This document shows, in pieces, positions 1-9,917 of a stretch of 36,880 bases of DNA. How positions within the stretch are numbered: the stretch's first letter is position 1; each line of letters begins with the position of its first letter. The position numbers and the translations under genes were made by a program. The notes below the pieces were generated by a model. It worked only from the letters and a program-made list of their open reading frames with translations, was not told the DNA's origin and searched no databases. This DNA comes from a candidate division WOR-3 bacterium (lineage in GTDB: Bacteria > Hydrothermota > Hydrothermia > B15-G9 > WFZT01). The DNA lies in NCBI GenBank assembly GCA_027053075.1, contig JALUEE010000073.1, positions 1-36,880 on the forward strand. Reading direction: 5' to 3'.

Positions 1-95
1 GGCAATGGAAAGCAGTGTTAAAAATATTTTACGATATCAGTAATATTAGATTTTATGACACTGTTATTATCAATCTTGACAAATATTATTGTTAT

Positions 96-129
96 CTTCC
101 TTGAGGAAGGAGGGGTTAGGGGAGAATGG
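96..129 (-). repeat. BoxC-like repeat, short-hairpin subfamily (type B), partial copy
   Basis: Reverse complement CCATTCTCCCCTAACCCCTCCTTCC-TCAA-GGAAG matches the copy at 25147-25186 (CCATTCTCCCCTGACCCCTCCTTCC...). Confidence 0.7.
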
Positions 130-233
130 TGAATGAAAAAATTAAAGTTTAGCTTAGAATCCGCACATTCAAAGAATTAAAAACAGGAGAGCTAATATTC
201 AACTTTGTTGTTTATAAATTGAGAAATTTTTTA

Positions 234-290
234 AGATGTGGCCCCTCACCTCAATCCTCTCCCCGCAAGTATTTATGCGGGGAGAGGGAG
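234..290 (+). repeat. BoxC-like palindromic repeat, type R (opposite orientation to the other R copies)
   Basis: AGATGTGGCCCCTCACC tail plus 12-bp stem CCTCTCCCCGCA(256-267)/TGCGGGGAGAGG(276-287); reverse complement of the units at 11622, 11945, 21545, 31122 and 35564. Confidence 0.9.
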
Positions 291-451
291 CTTTTTAAAG
301 CATTTGTAGGGTAAATTTTTTGTCCGAATGAAAAGCCTATTGCAAGACCTCTTTAATATAATCAATTCTCTACGATGCGGATTGCGAATGTCTTTATATT
401 CTCTCAAATTTCAAAATGATTTTAGCTATCCTCTGGTGTTATGCCGTTTTC

Positions 452-481
452 TTGACCGTCCATCAAAGGGGAGAATATAAT
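452..481 (+). promoter_or_regulatory. Putative sigma70 promoter of the nuo operon
   Basis: TTGACC(452-457)-18 nt-TATAAT(476-481), about 55 nt upstream of nuoA; AAGGAG SD before the ATG. Confidence 0.55.
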
Positions 482-535
482 AAACGCAAATTTTTGCCGC
501 AATTTTTATGAAAAAATAACCAAAGGAGTGGAGAG

Positions 536-961
536 ATGATCTTTAAACTGGCTACAGCTCTCACATTTGGGGTATTTGCGGTCATTTTTGTATTTTTAGC
601 CCTATGGATTGGTAAATTTTTGAGGCCAAAGGGGCGTCCCTTCGCTGAAAAGGACTACCCTTATGAATGTGCCGAAAGACCGCTTATGCCCGCATGGTTC
701 AACTATAACCCCCGGTTTTACATCTATGCCATTGCCTTCATCATTTTCGATATAGAAGTGGCATTTATCTTTCCCGTAGCCGTTGTTTATCGGAAGTGGC
801 TTGCGGCTCATCTTGGGGGACTGGCATTTTTTGAAATCGCTATCTTCTCCGTGATTCTCTTTATCGGACTTGTCTATCTGTGGGGTAAGCACGACCTCGA
901 GTGGGTTAGAGTTATGGGATTCTGGAAAAAGTCGGAGGTGAGCACACATGAGCAAAGTTGA
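536..961 (+). CDS. nuoA: NADH-quinone oxidoreductase subunit A
   Basis: 3 TM helices, PYEC and FIIFDIE motifs; first gene of the nuo cluster. Confidence 0.95.
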   Translation: MIFKLATALTFGVFAVIFVFLALWIGKFLRPKGRPFAEKDYPYECAERPLMPAWFNYNPRFYIYAIAFIIFDIEVAFIFPVAVVYRKWLAAHLGGLAFFEIAIFSVILFIGLVYLWGKHDLEWVRVMGFWKKSEVSTHEQS

Positions 962-1511
962 GAAAGTTGATATTACCAAAACCACACATATCGAGCATAC
1001 AGCAGACGGCGTGATAATGGTTACCAACCTTGACCTTGCTGTTAACTGGGCGAGAAAGAATTCCCTGTGGTATTTGCTCTTTGCTACAGCTTGCTGTGGT
1101 ATTGAGCTCATGCAGACCGGTGGCCCGAGAGCAGACCTCGACAGATTTGGAGTGGTTTTCAGAAACTCCCCCCGTCAGTCGGATTTCATAATTGTTGCAG
1201 GTACCATTACCTACAAGATGGCTGAAAGGGTGCGTCGTCTCTACGACCAGCTTGCAGACCCAAAATATGTACTTTCCATGGGAAGCTGCTCCAATACCGG
1301 TGGTCTCTTCCAGCATTCTTATTCGGTTCTCAAAGGAGTTGACAAGATTGTCCCTGTGGATGTTTATGTTGCTGGATGCCCTCCGAGACCTGAGGCCCTT
1401 ACCCATGCGATTCTGAAACTCAGAGAAAAGGTTGGACGCGAGCCTTACTTCAAAAATTACGTTGGAACAAGATTCTTCAAATTCATGAGGTGGATAAAAA
1501 ATGACAACTAA
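948..1511 (+). CDS. nuoB: NADH-quinone oxidoreductase subunit B
   Basis: ACCGIE, SPRQSD, MGSC and GCPPRPE N2-cluster motifs. Confidence 0.97.
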   Translation: MSKVEKVDITKTTHIEHTADGVIMVTNLDLAVNWARKNSLWYLLFATACCGIELMQTGGPRADLDRFGVVFRNSPRQSDFIIVAGTITYKMAERVRRLYDQLADPKYVLSMGSCSNTGGLFQHSYSVLKGVDKIVPVDVYVAGCPPRPEALTHAILKLREKVGREPYFKNYVGTRFFKFMRWIKNDN

Positions 1512-2028
1512 AGAAATTTTCGAGAAGCTTAAGGAAAAATTTGGAGACGATATTATCAGGCTGGATGAAAGCGTAAAAGACCCGTTTGTGGTAGTGAATC
1601 CTCAGAAATGGCTTGAGATTGCTAAATATCTCCACGATGATCCTGACCTCTATTTCGATTTCCTTATGTCCATCGCTGGAGTTGATTATCCAGATGAGAA
1701 TCTCATCCGCGTCGTTTACCACCTCTGGTCGTACAAACATCGTCACATGCTGGTGGTAAAGGTTGAGCTTAACAGGGAAAATCCTGTGGTTGATTCCATT
1801 GACAGTATCTGGGCAAATGCAAACTGGCTCGAGCGCGAGACCTACGACCTCTTTGGAGTTGTATTCAAGGGAAGCAGGAATCTCAAGCGACTCCTTATGC
1901 CAGAGGATTGGGAAGGACATCCTATGAGAAAGGACTACGAGGAGCCTAAAGAATATCATGGCATAAGCACAGAGAGGGAAAACCCGGTTTACCTTTTCCA
2001 TCTTGTTAAACCACCGGAGGAAGAGTGA
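1501..2028 (+). CDS. nuoC: NADH-quinone oxidoreductase subunit C
   Basis: [13 protein letters not shown] and [10 protein letters not shown] 30-kDa subunit motifs. Confidence 0.96.
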   Translation: MTTKEIFEKLKEKFGDDIIRLDESVKDPFVVVNPQKWLEIAKYLHDDPDLYFDFLMSIAGVDYPDENLIRVVYHLWSYKHRHMLVVKVELNRENPVVDSIDSIWANANWLERETYDLFGVVFKGSRNLKRLLMPEDWEGHPMRKDYEEPKEYHGISTERENPVYLFHLVKPPEEE

Positions 2029-3161
2029 TGGCTGAATATGCTTTTTACACACCAGAAGGTGAGATGCTTACTGTCAACATGGGTCCTCACCACCCATCAA
2101 CCCATGGTGTTATCAAATTTGTCATTGATGTTGACTCTGAAATTATTCACAAAATTACACCGGAAATAGGATTCCTTCACAGGGCTATTGAAAAAATTGC
2201 AGAGAAAGTAACCTATCCCGGATTCCTGCCCTACACAGACAGGGTGGATTATCTTGCGGCGATTTCGGCAAATGTAACATACGCGATGGCGGTTGAGAAG
2301 CTACTTGAGCTCGAAATCCCCAAGCGCGCACAGTACCTGAGGGTTATTGCCATTGAGCTCAACAGGATTGCCTCCCATCTGATATTCGTAGGTGCCTATT
2401 CGATGGACCTCGGTGCTTTTACCCCATTTCTCCATGCCATCCGTGAGCGTGAGAAAACAAATGACCTCTTTGAAGCCCTGTGCGGACAGAGGTTGACTCA
2501 TCACTATATCAGGATTGGTGGGGTTTCCCATGACCTTCCACCGGGCTGGAAGGATAGGGCTCTCGAGTGGCTTGACCATTTTGAGAAATTTATCGATGAG
2601 TTTAACCGTCTCATCACGTTCAACCACATTTTTGTTAAGAGAATGGCAAACGTGGTTGTAATACCACCCGAGATGGCGATAAATCACGGACTGGTAGGAC
2701 CTAATCTCAGAGCGAGTGGTGTGAAATGGGACCTCAGAAAAGAGATGCCATACCTTGTCTATCCAGAGCTTGATTTTGAGGTACCTGTTGGAACAGGAAT
2801 GATGGGTAGTGTGGGTGACTCCTTTGACCGTCTCTGGGTAAGGATTCTTGAGATGCGTGAGAGTGCAAAAATTATCCGTCAGGCACTTGCACAAATGCCC
2901 GAAGGTGAGATCAGGGCCAAGACACCGCGTGTTATCAAACCTGCACCCAATGAGGTATATGTGAGAACGGAAGCCCCTCGTGGTGATATGGGATTCTATC
3001 TGGTCTCCGACGGTTCACCAAGACCCTACAGGCTAAAGATAAGGACAGGCTCTTTCACAGCTATGACCATATTCGAACACCTCAAGGAACCAATCATGAT
3101 TCAGGACCTCGTTGCACTGATTTCAAGTCTGGATATTATCGCACCAGAAATTGATAGGTGA
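2028..3161 (+). CDS. nuoD: NADH-quinone oxidoreductase subunit D
   Basis: [31 protein letters not shown] and terminal EIDR; ATG 2028 overlaps the nuoC stop (alternative GTG at 2025); no NiFe CxxC motifs. Confidence 0.97.
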   Translation: MAEYAFYTPEGEMLTVNMGPHHPSTHGVIKFVIDVDSEIIHKITPEIGFLHRAIEKIAEKVTYPGFLPYTDRVDYLAAISANVTYAMAVEKLLELEIPKRAQYLRVIAIELNRIASHLIFVGAYSMDLGAFTPFLHAIREREKTNDLFEALCGQRLTHHYIRIGGVSHDLPPGWKDRALEWLDHFEKFIDEFNRLITFNHIFVKRMANVVVIPPEMAINHGLVGPNLRASGVKWDLRKEMPYLVYPELDFEVPVGTGMMGSVGDSFDRLWVRILEMRESAKIIRQALAQMPEGEIRAKTPRVIKPAPNEVYVRTEAPRGDMGFYLVSDGSPRPYRLKIRTGSFTAMTIFEHLKEPIMIQDLVALISSLDIIAPEIDR

Positions 3162-3187
3162 TTTAAAAACCTTAATGGAGAGGAAAG

Positions 3188-4387
3188 ATGGAACAACTGG
3201 TTTTAAAACTTGCTGAAAAATGGGGGCTCGGGCCCATCGGGACAGAGTATCTCGCGGTGTTGTTTATGGTGCTTGTCGCGACCATCATTGCCGCGGGATT
3301 TGCCACCCTCTTTGCCGGTGCTGTTACATGGGTTGAAAGAAGGGTCGCCGGAAGGATACAGTCCCGTATTGGACCTAACCGCGTAGGTCCCCAGGGAATA
3401 CTTCAGTGGCTGGCTGATGGACTAAAGGCATTTTTCAAGGAAGACTTCATACCACCTGAAGGAGACCGAACACTTTTCAAGATGTCAGTGTATTTCCCGG
3501 TTATTGGTTTCTTTGCCGTATTCGCAGTGCTCCCATTCTCACAGAAGCTTATTGCGGCTGACCTGAATGTAGGTGTCTTTTACGCATTCTCGGTGACCAG
3601 CTTTACCGTGATCGGAATTGTATTTGCTGGCTGGGCGTCGAACAACAAGTGGTCGCTACTTGGTGGAATGAGGTCAGTTGCCCAGATCATCAGCTATGAG
3701 GTGCCTATTGCCCTTTCCGCACTCGTTCCAATTATGATTGCCGGTTCCCTTTCAACCCAATCCATCATCAGCGCTCAGGGCGGGTGGCCCTGGCAGTGGT
3801 TTGTATTCCATAACCCATTCGCATTTGTGGCGTTCTTCGTCTTCTTTGTCTCCAACTTAGCAGAAGGCAACAGAATACCTTTTGACCTGCCGGAGGGTGA
3901 AAGTGAGCTCGTGTCCGGTTACTCCACAGAGTACTCGGGATTCAGGTACCTTCTTTTCTATCTCGTGGAATGGGGTAATCTTTACGTCATGGCTGCACTT
4001 TCAACTCTGCTTTTCTTTGGAGGCTGGAGAATTCCCGGAGTTTCCACAGAACTTATGGCGAGCTCCTGGTGGTATCAGCTCATTGGACTCGTGGTCTTCT
4101 GGATCAAGGCATTTACCTTCGTCTTCATCATTATTCAGATCAGGTGGACGCTTCCGAGGGTCAGGATTGACCAGTTTATGAATATGGCATGGAAATACAT
4201 GATTCCCTTCGCATTTGTGACATTTTTAGGTACGGGTATCTGGCTCATGTTCCCAAGATGGTTTGAAATTCTCACACAGTGGGTACTTTTCCTCATCGGA
4301 CTCGGGATTCTCGGCATATTCTTCTGGAGAGTTAAGTACACACTGGATTACATAAAGGCGAAGGTTGACCTCAAATTCTTCATCTAA
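3188..4387 (+). CDS. nuoH: NADH-quinone oxidoreductase subunit H
   Basis: ERRVAGRIQSRIGPNRVG, QIISYEVP and RIPFDLPEGESELVSGY motifs. Confidence 0.97.
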   Translation: MEQLVLKLAEKWGLGPIGTEYLAVLFMVLVATIIAAGFATLFAGAVTWVERRVAGRIQSRIGPNRVGPQGILQWLADGLKAFFKEDFIPPEGDRTLFKMSVYFPVIGFFAVFAVLPFSQKLIAADLNVGVFYAFSVTSFTVIGIVFAGWASNNKWSLLGGMRSVAQIISYEVPIALSALVPIMIAGSLSTQSIISAQGGWPWQWFVFHNPFAFVAFFVFFVSNLAEGNRIPFDLPEGESELVSGYSTEYSGFRYLLFYLVEWGNLYVMAALSTLLFFGGWRIPGVSTELMASSWWYQLIGLVVFWIKAFTFVFIIIQIRWTLPRVRIDQFMNMAWKYMIPFAFVTFLGTGIWLMFPRWFEILTQWVLFLIGLGILGIFFWRVKYTLDYIKAKVDLKFFI

Positions 4388-4398
4388 AGGAGAGAGCT

Positions 4399-5442
4399 AT
4401 GGGAGTGAAAGAATATTTTTTCAACGTTAAAAACACTGCGGTAACCATTTTTGAAGGGATGACCGTTACCTTCTCACATCTACTGAGAAGGCCCATTACG
4501 GTTCAGTATCCTGACAGGACACCTGAACCAATTGAAAATTACATTGAGGATAGGTTCAGGGGCATCCTGGAGGTTGACCTTCAAAGCTGTATAGGATGTC
4601 TCCTCTGCATGAAGGCGTGTCCGCTCAACTGCATCTACATCGAAGTTGATCGTGATCCGGAGCTTGGACGTGTGATGACCCAGTTTGACATTGATGAAGG
4701 CAAGTGCATGTACTGTGGTCTCTGTACTGAGGCGTGTCCCACCAAGACCCTTCGTCATACAAAGGAATTTGAGCTTTCTACCGACACACCGGATGAGATG
4801 GTTCTTAGATTTATTGAGCCGGGCGAGAAGGTGCCGTTTTACAAGCCTCAGAAAGGAGTTGAGCCACCGAGAAGACCTCTTGGTGAGATTCTCCGCACAG
4901 AGATATTCCCGAAACTGAAGAAAAATCTCGAATACAGAGAGAAAGGGCTCGAGCTTATCAGGAAGAGGATTGAGCACTGGGAAGACCGGGAGAAACTGAT
5001 CGAATTTGCCAAATATTTGAAGAAGAAAGCAGGAAGTGGAGACACAAAGGCATTAACGGACGTTTTAATTGAAATCATCGGAGATGCCGATTTTTCTCAT
5101 CAGGGATACAATTTCCCCAAGGAGCTTGCGGCTGCCCTCGCATCAGGTAAGGAGAGGGTAGAGCTCCTTGACCCCATGGGCTGGGGTTCGAAATACCTGA
5201 TTCTGGACATCAAGCTTGCCCTTAGAATTGCTCGTGGGCAGAGCGTGAACGACCTTGTGGGCTTTGACCTGGATTCGATACTGAAGGATGTGGAGCCTGA
5301 GCCACCGAAGCCTGCGGCACCAAAGAGACCAGCGGCACGACCCGCACCGAAAAAGCCGACAGCCGAGGCGAAGAAACCGGCTGAAGAAAAGAAAGAGGAG
5401 AAGCCATCGTCTGAGGAAAAGCCCGGGGAGGATAAGAAATGA
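4399..5442 (+). CDS. nuoI: NADH-quinone oxidoreductase subunit I with ~200-aa C-terminal extension
   Basis: TVQYP, RFRG and two CxxCxxCxxxCP motifs in the first 140 aa, then an extra domain and a Pro/Ala/Lys/Glu-rich tail. Confidence 0.93.
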   Translation: MGVKEYFFNVKNTAVTIFEGMTVTFSHLLRRPITVQYPDRTPEPIENYIEDRFRGILEVDLQSCIGCLLCMKACPLNCIYIEVDRDPELGRVMTQFDIDEGKCMYCGLCTEACPTKTLRHTKEFELSTDTPDEMVLRFIEPGEKVPFYKPQKGVEPPRRPLGEILRTEIFPKLKKNLEYREKGLELIRKRIEHWEDREKLIEFAKYLKKKAGSGDTKALTDVLIEIIGDADFSHQGYNFPKELAAALASGKERVELLDPMGWGSKYLILDIKLALRIARGQSVNDLVGFDLDSILKDVEPEPPKPAAPKRPAARPAPKKPTAEAKKPAEEKKEEKPSSEEKPGEDKK

Positions 5443-5951
5443 CGGAAATTTTGAAGCCATCGGTATGGATTTTTATCATTTTCGCGCTGCTTGCCGTGAT
5501 ACCGGCATTCGTGGTGGCGTTTTCAAAGAACATCGTCCACAGCGTGATCTCACTTTTCCTTTCACTCGTGAGTGTTGCAGTGCTTTACGGTTATCTTGGG
5601 GCTGACTTTGTGGCAGTTGTTCAGATTCTGATTTATGTAGGCGGTGTTGTGGTCCTTTACCTCTTCGGTATAATGATGACCCGCGAAATTAAGCTGGACG
5701 TGAATATCTCAAATGCTCCCATTGGACTGGGCTGGGGAATACTTTTTGGAGCTGTATTCTTCGGACTGGTCTGGGCTGCCATATCAAAGGTCAACTGGCC
5801 TACTGCACGGATTTCTGGAACTCCCACAACTTCACCCATTGGAAATGCCTTTCTTTCAAAATACCTGCTGCCCTTTGAGATTGTGACTGTGCTTCTCACT
5901 GTGGTTTTGATAGGTGCAGTAATCATCGCAAGAAAGGAGATTAAGAAATGA
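5439..5951 (+). CDS. nuoJ: NADH-quinone oxidoreductase subunit J
   Basis: ADFVAVVQILIYVGG and YLLPFE motifs, hydrophobic. Confidence 0.96.
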   Translation: MTEILKPSVWIFIIFALLAVIPAFVVAFSKNIVHSVISLFLSLVSVAVLYGYLGADFVAVVQILIYVGGVVVLYLFGIMMTREIKLDVNISNAPIGLGWGILFGAVFFGLVWAAISKVNWPTARISGTPTTSPIGNAFLSKYLLPFEIVTVLLTVVLIGAVIIARKEIKK

Positions 5952-6253
5952 TTGGCGTTAAGGCGTTTTTGCTGGTTTCAACTCTGCTTTTGACCGCTGG
6001 ATTGATAACGGTGATGACAAGAAAGAATGCCATCGGAATTCTCATGGGAGTGGAATTGATACTGAACTCGGCTGGTTTGAACTTCATAATGTTTTCTCGC
6101 TATGTGCATGGAAATGTTTCCGGAATGATTTTCACCATCTTTATTATCGCGCTTGCGGCTGCTGAAGTGGCAATTGCCCTTGCCATTGTTCTCGCAATTT
6201 ACAACATGGTAGGCCACATTCAGGCAGACAAATTAACCAACCTAAAGGAGTAG
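5948..6253 (+). CDS. nuoK: NADH-quinone oxidoreductase subunit K
   Basis: LMGVELILN and AAAEVAIALAI motifs, 101 aa. Confidence 0.97.
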   Translation: MIGVKAFLLVSTLLLTAGLITVMTRKNAIGILMGVELILNSAGLNFIMFSRYVHGNVSGMIFTIFIIALAAAEVAIALAIVLAIYNMVGHIQADKLTNLKE

Positions 6254-6257
6254 AGTG

Positions 6258-8366
6258 ATGGAACACGCAATTGTTCATAAGGCTGGATTTATTTTCTTGA
6301 TTCCACTTTTTCCTTTGATTGGTGCAGCTATAAACGGAATTCTTGGGTACTGGATTTTCAAGAAATACGGAGAAAAAGGTATTCATACCATTGCCGTAAC
6401 AGCGGTTGTTCTCTCCTTCCTCGTTACATTCTATGGCTACCTGAAATTGCTTGCGTTGCCCCCGGAGTCGAGGAAACTCATTGATCCACTTTACACCTGG
6501 CTTGCTGCAGGACCGTTTAAGGCTCAGATGGCTTTTTGGTTTGACCAGCTATCTGCGGTAATGGCGCTTACTGTAACCTTTGTTGGCTCTCTCATTCACA
6601 TCTACTCCATAGGCTACATGCACAAAGACAAGAGCTACTGGCGCTACTTCGCGTATCTCAACCTGTTTATGTTTTCCATGCTGACACTTGTTCTCGCTAA
6701 CAATGCCATTCTCATGTTTGTCGGATGGGAAGGTGTGGGGCTCTGCTCTTACCTCTTGATTGGCTTCTGGTTTACTGACCGTGAGAAGGCTGTTGCCGGT
6801 ATGAAGGCGTTTATCACCAATAGAGTCGGTGACTTTGCATTTATCGCCGGACTTGCCATCCTCTTTTGGTCCATGACCGGGAATTGGGTACCTGGCGACG
6901 GATTGAAGAGCATCTCACAGGCATTTGGAACGCTGAACTTTGCTAAGCTTGCTGAGCATGTGGCAATTCTGAAAACCAGACATCTATGGGGCCTTGACAT
7001 CCCGACCCTGGTTGGAATTCTCTTCTTCATAGGCGCAACGGGTAAATCCGCTCAGATACCTCTGTATGTCTGGCTGCCTGATGCAATGGCTGGTCCTACT
7101 CCGGTTTCTGCATTAATCCATGCTGCCACAATGGTAACTGCTGGTGTATACATGATTGCCCGTCTCAATTTCCTCTATGCTCTTGCTCCCATTGCCCTCA
7201 CCATTGTGTCAGGAATAGGGGCTCTAACTGCCTTATTTGCCGCTACAATAGCAATTACACAGTTTGACATAAAGAAGGTACTTGCCTATTCCACAATCTC
7301 CCAGCTTGGCTACATGTTTATCGGTGTAGGTGTGGGGGCATTCCATGCCGGAATTTTCCACCTTGTGACCCACGCATTTTTCAAGGCACTTCTCTTTCTT
7401 GGAGCGGGAAGTATTATTCATGCAATGTCTGGTGAGCAGGACATGAGAAAGATGGGTGGACTGAAGGACAAAATGCCCTATACCTACTGGACTTTCCTGA
7501 TTGCAACTCTGGCGATTTCAGGAATACCGCCATTCTCGGGATTTTTCTCCAAGGATGAAATTCTTTATAAGGCATTTACTCATGAGAACCCCGTGATAAG
7601 GAGCTGGCCCGTTATTGTGTGGGCAATTGGGGCATTTACGGCATTCCTTACAGCATTTTATATGTTCAGGCTGTTCTACTACACATTTAGTGGTGAGAAC
7701 AGGGCACCTGAGGAGATCAAACATCATATTCATGAATCTCCGAAGGTGATGACCATCCCGCTGATGGTTCTTGCATTTTTCGCAGCAGTTATTGGATTTG
7801 TCGGAATGCCCGAATCCTGGGGTGTGCCAAACTTCTTTGAGAGATTTTTAGAGCCAGTATTTGCGCACTCCTGGCAAATTCTGCACTTTAAGGAGTATGG
7901 AGTGGGTGTGGAGCTTTTGATGATGGCAATTTCTATCGTGCTTGCACTCTCAGGATGGGGCCTTGCTTACGCTTTCTACAAGGACCTGAGAAGCGAGTAC
8001 CCGAAGCTCATTGCCCAGAAATTCAAGGCTATCTATACGCTGCTTTACAACAAGTACTACGTGGACGAAATCTATCAGCTCTTGATTATTGACAACGTTG
8101 TAAGACTTTCCAAGCTCATCTATCTCTTTGACAAATATGTGATTGATGGAATTGTGAATCTTGTTGCCTGGCTTACCAAATTCGCTGCCTTCCTCACCGG
8201 TTTGTTCGACTTCCACATCATAGACGGAATAGTGAACGGAGTTGCGCATCTTATGGGCTGGATTGGTAAGCAGGTTCAGAAAATACAGACAGGGAAAATT
8301 GAGCAGTATATTTATGGGATTTTAACAGGCATTTTTGTGCTTTTTGTAATCAAATTACTCATATAA
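6258..8366 (+). CDS. nuoL: NADH-quinone oxidoreductase subunit L
   Basis: GWEGVGLCSYLLIGFW, GKSAQIPLYVWLPDAMAGPTP and HAFFKALLFL motifs; ATG 6258 best fits the SD (alternative GTG 6255). Confidence 0.97.
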   Translation: MEHAIVHKAGFIFLIPLFPLIGAAINGILGYWIFKKYGEKGIHTIAVTAVVLSFLVTFYGYLKLLALPPESRKLIDPLYTWLAAGPFKAQMAFWFDQLSAVMALTVTFVGSLIHIYSIGYMHKDKSYWRYFAYLNLFMFSMLTLVLANNAILMFVGWEGVGLCSYLLIGFWFTDREKAVAGMKAFITNRVGDFAFIAGLAILFWSMTGNWVPGDGLKSISQAFGTLNFAKLAEHVAILKTRHLWGLDIPTLVGILFFIGATGKSAQIPLYVWLPDAMAGPTPVSALIHAATMVTAGVYMIARLNFLYALAPIALTIVSGIGALTALFAATIAITQFDIKKVLAYSTISQLGYMFIGVGVGAFHAGIFHLVTHAFFKALLFLGAGSIIHAMSGEQDMRKMGGLKDKMPYTYWTFLIATLAISGIPPFSGFFSKDEILYKAFTHENPVIRSWPVIVWAIGAFTAFLTAFYMFRLFYYTFSGENRAPEEIKHHIHESPKVMTIPLMVLAFFAAVIGFVGMPESWGVPNFFERFLEPVFAHSWQILHFKEYGVGVELLMMAISIVLALSGWGLAYAFYKDLRSEYPKLIAQKFKAIYTLLYNKYYVDEIYQLLIIDNVVRLSKLIYLFDKYVIDGIVNLVAWLTKFAAFLTGLFDFHIIDGIVNGVAHLMGWIGKQVQKIQTGKIEQYIYGILTGIFVLFVIKLLI

Positions 8367-8384
8367 ATCTGGAGGTTAGAGGAA

Positions 8385-9899
8385 ATGGCTCATGCTCTTA
8401 GCTGGATGATATTTACACCATTGATTGGGATGGTGATAGTTGCATTCATCCCGAGGGACAAGCACCAAACAATAAAGTGGGTTTCTTTAATCATCGCATC
8501 AATTCCATTGCTTATCGGAATTCTGCTGTTCTTCAAGTTTGATAGAACAGCAGTAGGTCCACAGTTTGTGGAACACTACAAGTGGATTAAAAACCTGAAC
8601 GTGGAGTATTTCGTAGGAGTTGATGGAATCTCCTTCATCATGCTCCTTCTCTCCGTGCTCATCAACTGGGTATCGGTTCTCGCATCCTGGGGAATCAACA
8701 AGCAGGTGAAGGGTTACTTTGCCATGCTTCTGCTTCTACATGCGGCGATTATCGGTGTCTTTGTGGCACTGGATATGTTCCTCTTCTACATTTTCTGGGA
8801 ATTGATGCTGCTCCCCATGTACTTCCTTATTGGAATCTGGGGCGGACCGAGGAAGGAATACGCTGCTATTAAGTTCTTCCTATACACATTGGTTGGAAGT
8901 GTGCTGATGCTCATTGCAGTTATCTCCATTTACTATCATTCCAATCCCACAGTGGACGTGAATGGAAATCCCGTGCCTCATACGTTTAATCTGATAAAGC
9001 TCATGAACGAAAACGACTTCAGCAAGGCAGCCCCAATCTTCGGGATCAAGTTTACTTACCTCATGTTTGTGCTGCTCTTTATAAACTTTGCCATCAAAGT
9101 TCCCATGTGGCCATTCCACACGTGGCTTCCTGACGCACACGTTGAGGCACCAACGGCTATTTCGGTGATACTTGCTGGAATCCTGCTGAAGATGGGAACC
9201 TACGGTATGTTCCGCTTCAACTACGCTCTTCTTCCGGATGCTACGGTCTGGGCAATGCCTGCTATTGCGGTGTTTGGAATAATAAACATGATTTATGGAG
9301 CCTACACGGCAATGGCGCAGACGGACTTCAAGAGACTGGTGGCCTATTCGAGTATCTCTCACATGGGATATGTGCTTTTTGGAATGTCTACTCTCACACT
9401 CGCTGGATTTAATGGTGCAATCTTCCAGATGTTCAACCATGGTACTGTCACAGCCATGCTATTTATCCTGGTAGGTGTGATTTACGATAGGGCACACCAC
9501 AGGGACATCAATCGCTTTGGTGGACTTGCCGCGATTTTGCCGGTTTATGCAGCCTTTACAGGCTTTGCGTTCATGGCCGGTCTTGGCTTACCGGGACTCA
9601 GTAGCTTCATTTCTGAATTCTTCGTGTTCCTTGGTGGATTCAAGGATTATCCTGTCCTTGCAATCATCGGTGTAACCACAATTATCTGGACTGCTGGTTA
9701 CATGCTCTGGGCATACCTGAGGATTTTCTTTGGACCACCAAACGAGAGGTACATTAGATTCCCGGATATGAAGCCAGTTGAGATAATTTCACTTCTACCC
9801 CTTGCAATTCTTGTACTATTCCTGGGTGTTTACCCAATGCCAGCACTGCATCTATTTAACACAGGAATGGCGCATTTGCTGAGTTTGTTACCCAAGTGA
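8385..9899 (+). CDS. nuoM: NADH-quinone oxidoreductase subunit M
   Basis: FYIFWELMLLPMY, PFHTWLPDAHVEAP and AYSSISHMG motifs. Confidence 0.97.
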   Translation: MAHALSWMIFTPLIGMVIVAFIPRDKHQTIKWVSLIIASIPLLIGILLFFKFDRTAVGPQFVEHYKWIKNLNVEYFVGVDGISFIMLLLSVLINWVSVLASWGINKQVKGYFAMLLLLHAAIIGVFVALDMFLFYIFWELMLLPMYFLIGIWGGPRKEYAAIKFFLYTLVGSVLMLIAVISIYYHSNPTVDVNGNPVPHTFNLIKLMNENDFSKAAPIFGIKFTYLMFVLLFINFAIKVPMWPFHTWLPDAHVEAPTAISVILAGILLKMGTYGMFRFNYALLPDATVWAMPAIAVFGIINMIYGAYTAMAQTDFKRLVAYSSISHMGYVLFGMSTLTLAGFNGAIFQMFNHGTVTAMLFILVGVIYDRAHHRDINRFGGLAAILPVYAAFTGFAFMAGLGLPGLSSFISEFFVFLGGFKDYPVLAIIGVTTIIWTAGYMLWAYLRIFFGPPNERYIRFPDMKPVEIISLLPLAILVLFLGVYPMPALHLFNTGMAHLLSLLPK

Positions 9900-9917
9900 T
9901 AAAACAGGAGGTTAACT

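Noticed and set aside
341..350. TGCAAGACCT shared with 35267-35276 as an IS end
   Set aside because: Only a 10-mer with no convincing partner end or flanking duplication; may be chance.
948..3161. nuoBCD as a group 4 [NiFe] hydrogenase or Mbx/Mbh
   Set aside because: The large subunit lacks both CxxC Ni-binding motifs and ends in EIDR; NuoB has the tandem CC of complex I; nuoA, J, K and N are present.
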